From: Bugula neritina
Lineage: Eukaryota; Animalia; Bryozoa
DNA length: 64,000 nt
Assembly: GCA_964035545.1 (NCBI GenBank)
Contig: OZ037770.1
Coordinates: 12,886,642-12,950,641, forward strand
Direction of reading: 5' to 3'
This document shows positions 1-32,400 of this stretch, piece after piece; position 1 is the stretch's first letter; each line of letters opens with the position of its first letter. A model generated the notes under the pieces. It was not told the DNA's origin, searched no databases, and worked only from the letters and a program-made list of their open reading frames with translations. Made by a program: the position numbers and the translations under genes.

Positions 1-1782
1 GTGCACAAAGTCTTAATCACGCACCCCAACCACGTTGCTCGATCTTTTCATACGCTGATGCAGTCAAGAGTAGACGTGTTCCTAATCAGTAGTCCAAACC
101 ATTTCACAAATTCAGTATGTCTTACGACAACAGATCGTGGGGTGAGTTAACTATATCTTGATATGGAAACTAGATTGCATCACTCAGCTCCGACTCACTG
201 AGTCAAATGAGCTGGAGATAGGCTAGTGAACTACCGTGGTAAGAACTCAGTTTGACTTAGAGATTTTATAATCTCATTGCAATACGTGTTCTATCTGACT
301 ATTCACTACCATAAATCTCTACGAGGTAACTGAACGAGAAGTTGCCAGGCTATTCAAGCCGACAACACTGCAGTGTATTATACTAACGCTGTTGAAACTC
401 TTTCAGGTTACACTCGACCCGTTACAACCAGGGTACGGGATAGAGCACTTCCCGCTCCGCATCCTGAGGAGTATACCAATGGTGACCGGCCCGAGCTACT
501 GCGCCGCCGTTGGCGGTGGGTGTCGCCGGAGACAGAGGAGCAGATAGAAACAGCCTGGGGATCCAAAAGAAAGGACGCGGTGCCAGATTTGTGACGAGGA
601 GTGCGCCTCTCACCGCTCCTTGAAGCTGCATGTCAACGCCCATCTATTGCTCACGTTCTGCCCCTGTGGATATAACGACGTCTACCCCTACCCCGTTACC
701 AGACATCAGGCGACGGGCTGTTTCTCCGAAGAGAATTATGTGGTGGATGCCAAACTCTATCCAGAATTCTTAACTCTGATACGACCTCTAGTGAAGAAGG
801 CAATGTTGTTGGCCGTCCTGACCTCGGGCTTCCAACGCGTACTAGACTACGCCAGGCAGCAATCTCCATTGGTGTCCGACCGCCCTCAGATTGCGTATAC
901 CCCCGAAGAGTTTTCCTATCCTGAAGAAGGAGAAGTCTTCCCTACCCCGACGAAGAGACGGACCCGGTCTCCAAGTCCCCCTCTTCGTCGCAGACGGACA
1001 CCGTCCCCAGACTCTGCTCGCCTGGCCACAGTAGAGGAACGCCTCCTCCGACTGCAGGCTGAGTTTACCCAGTTAGCACCAGATCTGCTTAATACCACGA
1101 CGGGACTCTTTCAGCTAAAAGGCTCGGTGGGCCGGATTAAAAAGAAATTACGTACATGCCAGGCCAAACATGGGCGTGCCCAACACTGACTCTGGTTCTG
1201 TTGCCCGGAATGATCCACAAGCCTCGTCCTCTTGGGAGACCCAAGACTATCGTGCAAATGCTTGACTGCTCGACAGCCGATTCCTTGTCCAATACCACAA
1301 CTAGCCGGTATTCTATAGCTGGCCAATTGTATGTGACCTGCTGTTATAATGACTCTGTCTGTTATTATGTATCTTTATATGTGTTATGTATTTTCTTTTG
1401 GTCTACTGATGTATGTGGTTAATGATGAACGTTTTTTTTATATATCAGAAAGAGGGCTTTCTGCTGGTGGGGGCGGTGTGGTGGCTCGTGGAGCTACCAG
1501 CAGCACAGTACGCAGGGTCGCGTAATTGACCCGGAACAATGACAGCCAATTAGCGGCTTTAATAGTTAGCAGCAGTAGTAGTTTTCCCGCTGTTAGTCAG
1601 TCGAAGTTAGAGTGTTGAATAGTCTAGATGTGTGTAATTATTAATGTATTTGTATCGTTTTTGTAATGTACTCTTGTGTTTAAAATATATACTCGATCAC
1701 TTAACTTATCCTGGTGTAGTTCTCTAGCAAGTAATTAGACTCTCTGGATCGCATATCAACCCTAATTCTGAAAATTATAACA
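1..1782 (+). mobile_element. 3' portion of an LTR retrotransposon (internal region with non-pol ORFs, polypurine tract, ~306 bp LTR at 1477-1782)
   Basis: The block is GC/CpG-richer than its flanks. A G-rich tract GGTGGGGGCGG is immediately followed by TGTGG at 1477. The segment ends ...ATAACA at 1782, where simple-sequence flank begins (TGT...ACA termini). The second LTR and pol are not in the window. Confidence 0.5.
620..1189 (+). CDS. Hypothetical 189 aa ORF inside the putative LTR element (R/S/P-rich basic segment followed by a coiled coil)
   Basis: ORF track; KRRTRSPSPPLRRRRTPSP then heptad-like LATVEERLLRLQAEFTQL. No recognised family; non-ATG start as called. Confidence 0.35.
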   Translation: MKLHVNAHLLLTFCPCGYNDVYPYPVTRHQATGCFSEENYVVDAKLYPEFLTLIRPLVKKAMLLAVLTSGFQRVLDYARQQSPLVSDRPQIAYTPEEFSYPEEGEVFPTPTKRRTRSPSPPLRRRRTPSPDSARLATVEERLLRLQAEFTQLAPDLLNTTTGLFQLKGSVGRIKKKLRTCQAKHGRAQH

Positions 1783-3125
1783 CTACTACTACTAGTACTA
1801 GTAACTAGTGAATAATAATAATCATCATCATCAGTAAATGACCAAATCAAAATGAGTAATGAGATGTCACTTAAACCCTAGGAATAGGTTTACCATCTAC
1901 TTCCAGTAAAAACAATTTCAGAAGTTTAAGTTGAAGCTTCTGTTAAAATAAATGTTAAAATAAGCTTTTGAAATGAGGATTGACTTTCACTTTGAGAAAG
2001 AGCATAAATAAGGCATAATTTGAATGGCTTATGCTGAACAAGAACTTACCAAAAAATTTGATACAAAGATCTCTACAATGCAAACACTTGCTATGCAAAG
2101 TTGATTCGAAAAAGTGGGTCGCCAATTTAAAATTAATGATTACAAATCAACACAGCCGACATCGAAGCTGAACCAAAAACTGCAGCTGATGTGGGGTGAC
2201 GCCTCCTTACAGTACAAAGTACAGTGCACTGACTTGCCATCTGAAATAACGTACTTTGTTCGATGTTATAAGAGGCGCAAAATATCTTTTCCGTCGATCT
2301 TTTTTCTGAATAAAAGACATGAGGTGATAACTTCTCATTAACATTTCACAAAATCTGCTATTTATAGTATGTAATTGAGGAAAATCGCAGAACTAAAATT
2401 TTCATATCTAGTCCCATGAAGTAAGAGAATAGTGCAAATGGCTGAATCCAAGCCAAAATGTAGGCTGGTCAATGGAATCTCAATTTCGCAATCTACATTT
2501 TAATTGCAAGTAAATAGTGGTTGTGGAGCAAGAATAATACTGTGGGAAAATTATAATTCGAAAATACAAAAAAGCCGAGAAACTAAAGTTTATTGGAGTT
2601 GAAATTTGAGAGAGAAAACATGGTCAAGCCAATTATTATGAAAATTACATGAAAACGTAAGCAGAGATAGTTTGAGTATTGTGTAAATGCAGTTTTTCAA
2701 TCAATTTAAAAAAAATATTGTTTTTTATTCTGAAAAATAGCATAAACTTGACAGCCTCAAAAACAGCATAACAGTGTGATATAAAGAAAAGTATTCATAA
2801 ACTAGCAGCATTATAATACAGCCTTGATATAATTATAAAAAGTTGTGGTTAAATGCATCTATATATAAGAGTAATGTGAAAATAAAGAGCTGTATAATCC
2901 TTGCACATTACTTTGTATTGAAAATCATAATCTTGAAATAGTTTGTGCTAGTAGCACGCAGAGCAAACAGTGTCATTTACATTATACATAATATAAATGG
3001 CAGCATTATAAACACAGCTGATAGTTATTTTCTCTTGCAGAAACCTACACGCTGTCTACTAGCAAACCTATAGAAAAAAGACATTTTACAGAAATATTGC
3101 TAGTGAGTTAGACTGTAACTAAGAG

Positions 3126-11637
<8,512 letters not shown>

Positions 11638-12689
11638 TCCAGAGTGGCTGAACCATAAACTATAGATATCTATCAGAAAACACCGTCAGAAAGTGATTGA
11701 ATAGCCTCATATTGAAAGGAACGTCATGAAAACATGAAAATAATATTTTAAGTTGATACTACAAGCAAATTGAATTGTGCATTATAAAAAATCATTGGAA
11801 CAAATTTTACAGTCTCAATTCATATTTAAAATCTAGAATCAAGTTGAGTTAGAACCTCAATAACTTAAACATTTAAAAATGTTTTTTTGTAACTTTATCT
11901 GCTTTAAAATAAAATCTGCCTACACAAATATGTGCTATTATGAAAATTCAAAAAAAATTGCGTGAAAAATATTGCGTAAACTGCATATTTCATTCTAGTC
12001 ACTTTTCATTACAAGGAAAAAATAATTTTTTATACGCACCACGCCCCCTGGTATATGACCTGCGATGAGTATTTTCAGCCATGTTGAATGAAATATAACC
12101 AGTCTATAAACTTGTATATAGTATCTAACCCTGAGAAAACAGATATATTAAGCTGAGACTGATTTCTAATTTCATGAACTTCATATTAGAAAGAAAGTAG
12201 AATTACAAAACAGAATAAAATGTTAACCACTGCTATCACTTTAATCTCCAATTAAATAGTTAGTAGAGTGTGTGGGTTTTTATGTTTGCTATGTAGAGTT
12301 ATATATATGTAAAACTTCACTCATTGTTTACCCACAGAGGACCAAAGTAAACACAGTTTACTCATGCAGATAAGGATGGCAGGCAATGTTAACCAAGGTA
12401 CTCTCAGTAAACCATATTACAATTGTTAAAACTAGAAAATAAACGGTTCCTCGTAGTTTATAATTTAAATTTGAATTGAGTTTTTAGCATCAAACTGAAA
12501 TTACATGCAGCTACACTACAGAGGTTCAAAATATCGTATGTATCCTTAGTTGTATTGAGAGATCTAGCTAGTAAGCTAATAAGAATATAAAACTTACACA
12601 ACTTTATAGTAGCTATTTCTGTGAGAAACTCTAATGGAAAGGCTTTTTACTGCAGGCTAAGGACTCATTTATATGTGACACTGGTGCAA

Positions 12690-12785
12690 TTATGGATGCT
12701 CTTCCTAACATCACCAATGGCCTTTACTGAAGGTTGAACCCATAACCTGTTTTCCCTTAGACCCAGGCTTCTCCTATACCTAGTA
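12690..12785 (-). mobile_element. Degenerate copy of the tRNA-derived SINE family
   Basis: GGATGCTCTTCCTAACATCACCAATGGCCTT...GAACCCAT matches the copy at 41727-41946. Confidence 0.7.
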
Positions 12786-15700
12786 AGAATATACAAAAAA
12801 CAAATGTGATTTAAAAAACAGGGTGCTTACACTTACAGTGAAGTTTGAATTTTCAGGACACTTACATGTTTTCACTGCAATTCAATTTTCTTAACATTTT
12901 TGCCAGTTTACTACGCAGAGGTTGATGGCATATGGGTTATTGCTAAGCACAAATTCTTGAAGAGCTATAACCAGCTAATTTCGCATCTGGCTAATTAGTA
13001 AATGATAATGTCACCATAGCAAACAGGTTTATGCAAAGATTGTTTAATCTAAAACTTACAATTGTTTATTCTCAAAAAATTGTGCACCAAACGGATTTAT
13101 GATATGTTTATGAAAATACTCATGTATAGTGGCTTGCCACATCACAACTACTACCCATAGTTGCGTCAGAATAGCATGTTATTAGTCTAAGATTTTAAAG
13201 CAAGATATTCCACAGAATTGATTAATACCAACTAAGCTTAGTTTGATACAATGTATAGTATATTTCTTGCAAGTAATATGCAAACTCTATTTTGCAATAA
13301 TTTTAAATACATGATATACTAGCTCTATTTCATTTAATTATCAATTTATTAGCTGTATTATCTAACAACAAAAGTAAAAAGCTTGCCAACCACCTTAAGG
13401 TATAGCTTTATAACCTGATAAACAAAAGCCAATTTAAATAAATTTTATATGCAGAAAATAAATTTATGACATTATTTTATTTTAGTGTTAGGTTGGCAGC
13501 AACCTATTATAGCAATTTATATTATTTGATGACAACTAACTTTATTAGTTTTTACTTGTTGCAAAGTTAAACCGCAGAGACTGAGCATAAGTTTATAACT
13601 GGAGACAAGTCAGTGGGTTGTAGACCTAATGGTACTATAACATTAACTATACTGTCGAACTTAAATTTGAAGATAAAGAATAGGAATTTTTTAGGTTAAA
13701 ATTTCAAACTTCTAGACAACTGTTAGCCCATCACAATGAAGCTCCCAAGAATTTTAGTCTTACCGAAGTATAGCAGAATCTCTAATACTGGAAGAGATAC
13801 TAATGGAGTAATGGTAACTCTAATTCTCAATTATCTACGCTTTGTCCTGTTCGGGTAGTGGGACTAATAGTAACTCTAATGCTAATAGTAAAAAGAAAAG
13901 CTATTCACCTATTAATACTAATATAGTTGTACATGTAGTAATATTATTATTAAATTTATTTTAATAATTATAACTTTTAAATTTATGCATAACTATAAGC
14001 GATACTTCCTTAGCAAAACCTATGGTTATGATATTAAAAAATAACAGTTAGACTTTAGCCTAAAGTTGAGTGCAACTAGAAGTAGAGGGAAATTTTCTAA
14101 TAGTTAAACTTAAACTTGAGGAAAGATTTTTTTACATTTCTAAACTTCAATTTGGCATTCACATTTTGATTTACTTTGACATCACCTAACTTTTATCAAC
14201 TATTCTCACTCTGACGTTGCCTTTGGGCCTTAGTGTATATTTATTTATTAATATAACTATTAGTATTACAAATTGAAATTATAAAATTCAATATGAATAT
14301 CAAAATCATGATTATTAAAATAATAACATGCTACTGATACATCATATATGTTTGGTGCAGAAAAATTAAAATCAAAAAGATTCAGAGTAAAATAGTGTAA
14401 TTATGCTACATTAAATATAATTAAACATGGTAACCTGAGTTAGAGATTTACTTCAAGTTAAAGTTTTGATGATTACGCCTTCGACCAGCTAGGAAACTAA
14501 CCACATAGCTAAAGTGGTTTCAGTTCAGTTTGTATAGCAATAACTTTAGAATGACGGAGATGATGATGAGAATATTTTTTCCTTCAAATTTGAACGCAGA
14601 GGCTACAATTACATATAATTGTTTAGCGATTCGATTTTTGATTTGTTTGATTTTCATCTCCATTTCCGGTTATGCACTCATGGGAGAAAAACATAGTCAA
14701 AGTGCCAAATTCGATCGCAATAACTATAAGCAACAATTACTAATAGTAATAGACTACTAGTACTTATAAATGTATGAATAAAATTTAAAACGAATATTAA
14801 AAAATATAGTGTAGTGATTGTTATAATTCGGTACCAATTGCGCTAATTATTAATGTTATTTATAATTTTAATTAAATTGAAATTCAAATTGTATTATCAA
14901 ATTCAACATGAATATCATTATGATTATCATAGACATTATGTCTATGATTATCAATATCGTAATGACAATGATAACCATAATGATGATCACCATAATAGTC
15001 GGCTATTGATATAGTGTATGGTATTAATTATGATATTACTATTACTATTAGTATTACTATTACTAATTGATTACTAATAATATTGATTATAACTCAGTCT
15101 CATGCGACCAACTCGAACTCATAATCGTAATGATAATCATAATGAGTGTTATTGGAAATAGAAATAAATTAATCATTATATTGTGATTATTATTCATTAT
15201 GAGTTAATCCTAATAATATTATGAGTTTTGACTTCTGAGGCATGTAAGTTGTAACTTTCTTTTAGTTTTACTTTTTTATTTTGATCAAAATATTTCATTA
15301 TGATTGTTACTGTTAGTAGGCTAATTATAATAGTAATAATCTGTTATTATTATTGTTCTTAACTGCTAGTTGTAAAAATATAATTCATTGATTTTAAAGA
15401 ATTTATCAATGCCCATAATCAGAATATTCACAATCATACTCATAACCATTCCAAATTTAATGGTGAATATATTATTGTATACAGATATAATAAGATTATT
15501 ATTAATGCAGTTCTAATAGGAATGATGACTACAATACTGATAGTAAATGTAAGTATCAATACATAAGTGTGAATCAGACAACATTGCATTATGGTTGTGA
15601 CGGTTAAATACTTATCACATCGGTTTTTTTATTCACATGTATATAGCTAGATATTAATAATGATTTGATTAACTGAATACTAGTAATAATATAAGTATGA

Positions 15701-16054
15701 TATAATTTTTAAGAGTGAGTGTGATCAAGTCATTTTTAACGATCATTATAATCTTGAAATCTAGTGGAAATTTATATTAAGAAGTTAGTGAGCAACAATG
15801 CCCACTGAATTTAATTTTTTAAAATCATGAATCGCAACATTCTTTTCAGCAATTTAATTTCTATCAGAGTTTTTCATACAAAGCAAGTTTGGCCTCTTGT
15901 TTAACTAAAAGGAATTAACTATAATATACTAATTTTCTGGCGTTATTGTGCCTTAACCAAAATATTCTTTTGATTTCGACGTCAGTTAGCTCTATCTGAC
16001 TCATTTGTAATCTATTTCTAGAGTTCACTGCCGGTTTCAGACTTTCTTTTTGTC

Positions 16055-25043
<8,989 letters not shown>

Positions 25044-25417
25044 CCAAGAATTGTGTGTGTACTGCTGTGAATAAATATTGGGGCTCAGGGCTAGGCATGT
25101 GTGCATAGGGCTGCCATGAAGCAATTATTACAGACATTGTTGATATGTAAAACTTTTTTGTGAATTTTATTAGCATTCAGATTTTTGTTACATGAACTGT
25201 GAATAATAAAATGTTAAAAACAGATGAAAAAATTGTAACAAAATAAATAAAAAATAACAAATCTCAAATAACAAAAAACAGTCAACAATATTTGTCAATG
25301 ATTACCAACAATAAATGTCAACAACAGTCAAATATAAAGGAACCAATTAATGTAATACTTTAAAATGGCAAACTCTACGCTTCATTCTCCGTGTGTTGTG
25401 AGAGTTGATTTGATTGG

Positions 25418-28400
25418 TCAGGGTTTACTGGCACTTGCTCCTGTCTCCATTATTGTTTCATCAGCATCACAACAACTGTCAGATGAATCTGTCAAACACA
25501 AATTGTTCATAAACTGCGGACTGTCATCAGTCCAGCACCAGTGTCACTGCCTTCTGTATACTCACTTGTATACTTGCTGATGACTCTAGTTTATAGTTTC
25601 TGATGGTATAGCAGCCAAGTGTGTAGCTATTTGCATAGAAGATATCTATTTATTACACTGCAAAGTTGCAACTCCTAACTACTATTTAGCTGCAACCAAA
25701 TACCTTAGCAGATGCTTTAATACTTTAATGAAGTAATATACCACCCTACCTATACTATCTTAACCCATTGGTGATATAGGCAGTTTAAAGATGAGAGGTA
25801 AAAATATGTACAAAATCTTTAGTCATGACTCAACATTCCTGCTAACTTTAGAGGTAAAGCCTTTTACTAAACTTCGACTAAATACAGAGAACCTGAGCTA
25901 TGTAATGATAGCCTCTTCTGCCCCCAAATATAATATACTACAAAGAATTTATACCCTGTATATGTGACTTACTCTCAGAATATGATCCGTAATCATCCAC
26001 GACATCACTTCCTGTCTTCTTAGCTCGCTTTGATTTTCCTTCTGAAACAAATTCATTCTTGTATGGTACATGCATTTCTATATTATAAGCAGCTGCAATA
26101 TGCTTAATATTTTAGATGCATATGTTATATTATTAACCACCAGTGCAGTTGTGTGTTCTAAGGTGTAAAGTAGAATTTCATTGATAGTGAATCCACTAAA
26201 CACAATGCTATTATGTTTATAAAACAGACAGACAAATGTAATACAATAGTGAATAGAGTCAATAAACTATGGACTGTATAGAGCATCCTATAAAGCATTA
26301 TAAAGGGGGTAGGTGTGTAGAGTGCCCTCAAAGATATGACCTTGGCTTACATTGCAAACTGATAACTAAGTTCAAGAACATGGAATCATAACTGGATGGA
26401 AATTGTCAGAAGCAGCATTGAGCTGGTGGTCACAGAGTGCATTGGTTCTAGGAGTCTGAGTTTGAACAACAGTGTGTACGGTTACTGCACTCGGTCACTC
26501 CCAACTCAGTGCTGCTTCTATCGGTATATTTACTAAATGACAGCGCAACTACAGAAGACATACTTGTAGCTTTATTACTCAGTTCTTGTGTAAAAACAGA
26601 ACTGTTGAGGGCCAGAGAAGGCTTCTTGCCAGACAACTCCTGGGTGAACACAGAGTTGTCTGCCAGAGGTTTGAGTGGCTGGCTGGTGATCTTATCTCCA
26701 GAGAGTTCCTGGGTGAACATCGACTTGTCTAGATTCATCTTCTCAAGCGTACCATTGTTCTCTATATAGTGAAATATATATTATATATTTGTAACATGTG
26801 AGTTTAGTCAACTTTTATAGAGCTGTGCAGTATAAAACAGAAAGTTCAATTCATAACGCAGGATATGTTATTTGTCATCAAATATTACATCAAAATTGAA
26901 AATATTAATATATTCAATAATAATATAAAATATGCATGATTATATTTTATGAATACCACAGTATACAATAATGACACAATGCAATATGTGGCATGTTGCC
27001 ATTTCACAAGTTTTAAGAGTAATTCACAGATAATAAGTTGTATTACAAGACAGAAAAATTTTATGTTGACTTAAGTTTCTAATTTATCAGTCATGTTTGT
27101 TAAGGTGTCAGTCATGTTTGCTAATTAGGTGTCAGTCATACAGGTTTAATGAGGTGCTGGTCACACACTCTATGCTATTCCGAAACCATCCCATTAACAG
27201 GAAGTGTTTGAGATTCTCCCCAAACAGCTGAGACAACCAAATGAATTATTTAGCAGCTGTTGGGTAAAAATACATTAAAACACTGTTACGAGTATATTTA
27301 TATTAAAGTATCATGATAAATTACTTATACACCAAGCTCTCACCTTTGTTAGCTTCTCCATTCTCTTCCGCACCACCTCTAGCCAATGAGGAAGCAGAAG
27401 TGAACACCGATGACTTCCCTCCAGCTGCTGATTGGTTAGTTAATGCTGCCGCTGACTTAAACACCAACTGTTTAGCAGAAACTGAGGCGGGGTTAGACTG
27501 AGTCCTCTCTGGACTAGTGACTGATGACGAGGGGACACAGCTCTTACCTGACAACTCCTGGGTGAACACGGAGGAGTTCAAAGGCTTCGTAGCTGCAGAA
27601 AGACAACCAGAAATACACGAATATGGTAGAAATACAGGCTAATAATCATGTGGAGTGAGATGAAAAAACAGCCTCATTTCTATACGATGCATTGACTTTT
27701 CATTCTGTTGGCAGACAGAAAAAAGCCTGCCAACTTTTGAGTGCAGATAAAAACATGCAGTTAACATAAATTTTTCAGTATTAAGTGAACTAAATCACCA
27801 GATCGAAAATGCATGTAAGACTACAAACTGTTGGGACATTTTAAGAAAGTGAAACGGAATATATACCCCAACGACTATGTCACCAGTAAGAACCCCAGGG
27901 CTATATTACAGTATAAAATAGTGTACAATGAAGTAGTGAATTAATTATAATACAAACCAGCACTTCCTGTTTGTAGCGGACATTTAAATCCTTTCTTTGT
28001 CGGTTTGTTCTTCTGTGATGAAACTGGACTCACAGATCTGGATTTAGACTCCAGTGCGGGTTGGCTTGAGCTAACTGGCGCATCATTGGTACTGGGCTGT
28101 GATTGGCTAAGTTTTGAAGGGCTAAGCTGCGATTGGCCAGGCTGTGATTGGCTAAGCTGTGATTGGTCATGCTGTGATTGACTGAGCTTTGAAGGGCTGA
28201 GTTGTGATTGGCTGGGCTGTGATTTGGGGCTCCTGAAGGGGGTGACAGGAGCGTTGAGTTTGGGTGCTGGACTGAGAGACTGACTCCTGGAGAGCATGAG
28301 AGACTGGGAGCTCTGGGAGAGGATCTGCTCAATCTAGAGGGCAAAGTTCAAGTTATCCTTAAACACTATTCTAGTTACGCTTGAGTGTGACTTGAAAAAT

Positions 28401-29440
28401 GTGTATTATACAGATTTGTTTCCAACTAAAACAGGTTCCAGTGTATAGTATGATTAAAAAATATATATTTTATTGTATAAGTATAAGATATATAATGCAT
28501 TTGCACTTGTAAGCATTAATTCATGCAATTAAAGAAGAAATAGATAAAAATGGAGTATTTGTAAAAACTGGGAGTTTTCCTTCCGCAACAACTTAGTTTG
28601 CAGTTACTATACATGGGCGGACAGAAATCTTATAGGAGATTTGGCTGGACATACAGCAGTGAAAGTGCCCTACCTCATCCAATTCCTTCTCCATATCTAT
28701 TTGTGAGCTCGTCATATTGCCTTCACTCTGCAATGTATTGTTAGCCTCAGTCTTGGACTTGTCAGCACTGGCGGGTTTACGAGGAGAAACACACCGCTCC
28801 TCTACAACCCATATTATGTAACAGAATTTATATACATATTAGGAAGTAGGAAAAGTTGAACAAACCTAGGCTGAACAAACACTATATAGGCATTTCAAAC
28901 ATCTCAGCAAGTTGTTCTTGGCTTAGACTGTTTTAATTATTCATGCAGTAGAGGAAGTGAATTTCAAGTCTTCAATTATTCAACAAATAAATGTACATTC
29001 CAATATCAACTGATTTTTTAACTCTTATACATGTTTTGTTTTTAAAATAATACATGAACATGCGACATTGGCAAATGAGTGCAACTAGATTCAAATATTG
29101 ATGTGACCTAGGCTGATATAAATGCAGATTATAACAAAAGATAGTATTATATAAGGCCTCTCTCTATTCAGTGTAGCTTCAAACACTTACATGCCTTCAG
29201 TACAATGCGCAGTCAAATAACTTGAAGTTTTGTAAGTTTGCACACTAGCTGGGATGATTGTCTGTTCACAGAGTTTAGTAACAGGGCATAAAACATAGGG
29301 ACTTGATGAATTGGCAAAGAACAAAGAGGCTTATCAGTGCCCATAGTAATATAATACAAGCCTATATAATCTCTGTGTACATGGAAGCTATAATATGTAT
29401 TATCTATCTATATGTACATGTGTGTTAGTATGTGTATATA

Positions 29441-29488
<48 letters not shown>

Positions 29489-32400
29489 CGTGTGTGTGCG
29501 CGTGTGTGTGCGTGTGTGTGTGTGTGCGCATGTGTGTGAGCAAGAGTGAGTGCAAGTGTGGGTGTGTGTTATACTTATATTATAAGTATTACACACACAT
29601 ATATATATGCTTTATAACAATAAATAACTATACTGTCTTCTAAGTATAGGTTCAACTATACAGTACAAACCTCTCAGTATATCTAGAACTTTATAACTCA
29701 CCTGCACTTTCAGGTTCTTTTGCCTTTTTAGGTTTCACCTTTCTCTTTGATACCTTATCTCGAGATTCGAGTTTCTCTTTATGAGTCTCGCAGTTAGTTT
29801 TCATATCAGCTCGAGATTTACGAACTAATTCATAAAACAGCAGCATGTTATGCATATATACAAGTCACTGTTATCTCATAGTTGTACTAAATAATGCATA
29901 CTGTAAATAGAAAGTTTGTGTTATCTCATTGTATATAACTCTATTTCGAGTACTTGACCAGGAGTGGATAAATCTAAATCACCATGATAGAATCGTGCAT
30001 GGTGGTTATAAATATCTAATCTTTCAGAAATAATTTCAAATAACTACTTATTACATTTTGGCATTACTCAATTGTAGCCTGAAATAGTTAGTACATTAAA
30101 ATACTTTGCAGCATAAATTCCACATCACACGTAGTCCAATTCCTTACATTACTAACTGCAAGCATACATTTAAATTGCCTTAAGATTATCTCCTCTACAT
30201 GAACTAATGTAAACAACTTGTGGTTTCAAAAAGCTATTATTTACTATCTGGTATAACCAAATTGTAGCCTGAAATAGTTAGTACATTAAAATACTTCGCA
30301 GAAATTATACATCAAATGTAGTTTAATTTATCCTAATACTAATATAAGCACAATGTACATTTAAATTGCTGTGAGATTATCTCCTCTGCATGAACTAATG
30401 TAGTGAACCAAACAACTTATGATTACCCTGAAGCATTCTCAATTCTCAACTTCTTGTTGTACTATAAATCTGTTAAAAAATTTTAATTTATTTTACGCAT
30501 TAAAACTTTTGCCCTGCTACCCAAACAGGGAAAAGCACAGACAGGTAAGAATTGGTGAGAAATCAATAACACTTTCGTAAGAGACACAACGTAACAATAT
30601 GGCTGGCTAATTAAGATTGGTCAGATTAGCTACATTAGTATAACCACTTTTTACTGTACCTTTAGTAGAAGCAGGGGGTTTCGTATGAGCAGCAGAACTT
30701 GTGCTTTTCTTGGGACCCACAATGTTGCCCTCATATCTGACAGGGAACCCGTAGGTTCTAAGGCGCTGAACTAAAGGGAGGGAGAGGGAATCCCTGGCCA
30801 TCTTTATGGACTCTAGAAGTCTCTTGTTTCCAGGTTTGGGTTTCATCTCCTGCACACAATTCACATATTATTATATTACTGTTTGAAAAATTGTAAATAC
30901 CACATACTGTATATTCAAAAAGTGTTCATTTTCATTAAAATAAAACTACCTTAAAAGCACAGAAACATACTATTATTGTGTAATTAATAATACATGCACA
31001 TAGTTTCAATAAATTTCTATTGCTGATTCTATTGAAAAAACTAAAACTTTCTTATATAGTCTCCTCCTAAATATACATATGTTTATTCTAAACCAACACA
31101 AAACCTAGAGCTGATAACAGCTAATAAATGTTAAATAAATTAATAAAATGATGTTATACTGGCTTTTCAAGTATCTTCCTTAATGTTATAGGGAGTTTTA
31201 TTGCAGTAGTTACTATGTCTACAATATAATAAACAGTCAACTAGGAAGTTTGAGCTGTAAGCAGTACATTGCGTAACAGGAACCTACAATGACTCACATC
31301 ACTAATAAAGTCCCCTGTAAAAGGTTTTATATCTTTTGGTGGTAGCCATGACCTGGTTGCCTTTTCTGTGTCAAAGAATGTCACATGATACTCTACCTAC
31401 CAACACATGTAAGCATTGGGAGCATAATATACCTGCAGCTATTACTAGCAGAGTATGCAGATGATATCAGCTATCCACTTATGCCCACTTAAGGGAAAGG
31501 GCATGCCATAACAGCAAAATGAAGTTAAAACCAAGAAATGCTATCTCAAACCCTGCTTAAGGCTACAGAAGGAAGAAAATACAACAAAAACACAAAATTA
31601 TTGCACAAAAATGATGTTATTTTACCTGCACATTACGATATTATGATGGAGAAAATAGAATTCCTATATAGTGAGTCTGGCCTAGAGGTGTAGAGCAGGA
31701 GGGTTTACTCTCTAGACAGATTGATGATGTACAAGTCTTCAGTATTATTAAACAGCACATTATATAAACTTACAGGTGTGTAGCGCCGATATTCATAGCA
31801 GAAAACAAATGCCTCCATATCAGGGTCTACCTCTACGATAGCAGGCCACCAGGGGTAGCCGACCACCCTGGCCCACACGACAGAGCCCTCTGTGTAGGTG
31901 TTGTATGTCCAGTCGGCGCTTTCATCCCAGCGCTGCATCGGTGAGTCACAAGTGATGTGCTCATCTCCTCCTTCAGTAGATACCAGAACATGAAAGCTTG
32001 GCAGGCAAAGCAAGTGCTTGTTGCATTCGTTAACCATGCAGGCATGTATTCATCTAATATTTCAAAAACTGTGTGGATGCTTGCAATTGGAATCTATATT
32101 AATTATTAGGAACAAAATTGTTCCTGCAACATATTTAAACATTTCAACTAAACTAGACAAGTGATGTGCTCATCTTTTCTTTCAATGGATACTGGATCAG
32201 AATATATGAAAGTATGGCAGGCAAAGCATGTGCTTGCTACAGAAAAGGTCTCACAACTGCTTGTGTGGATGCTTTTAGTTGATTGGCATCTATATTTGTT
32301 ACACCAGCTTATTTATATTAAAACGTGTTTCTTCAACGCAGTTCAACTAAATAAAATTTCATGTTATTAAACTAAACTGAGATTAGGAATTGCTCTAACA

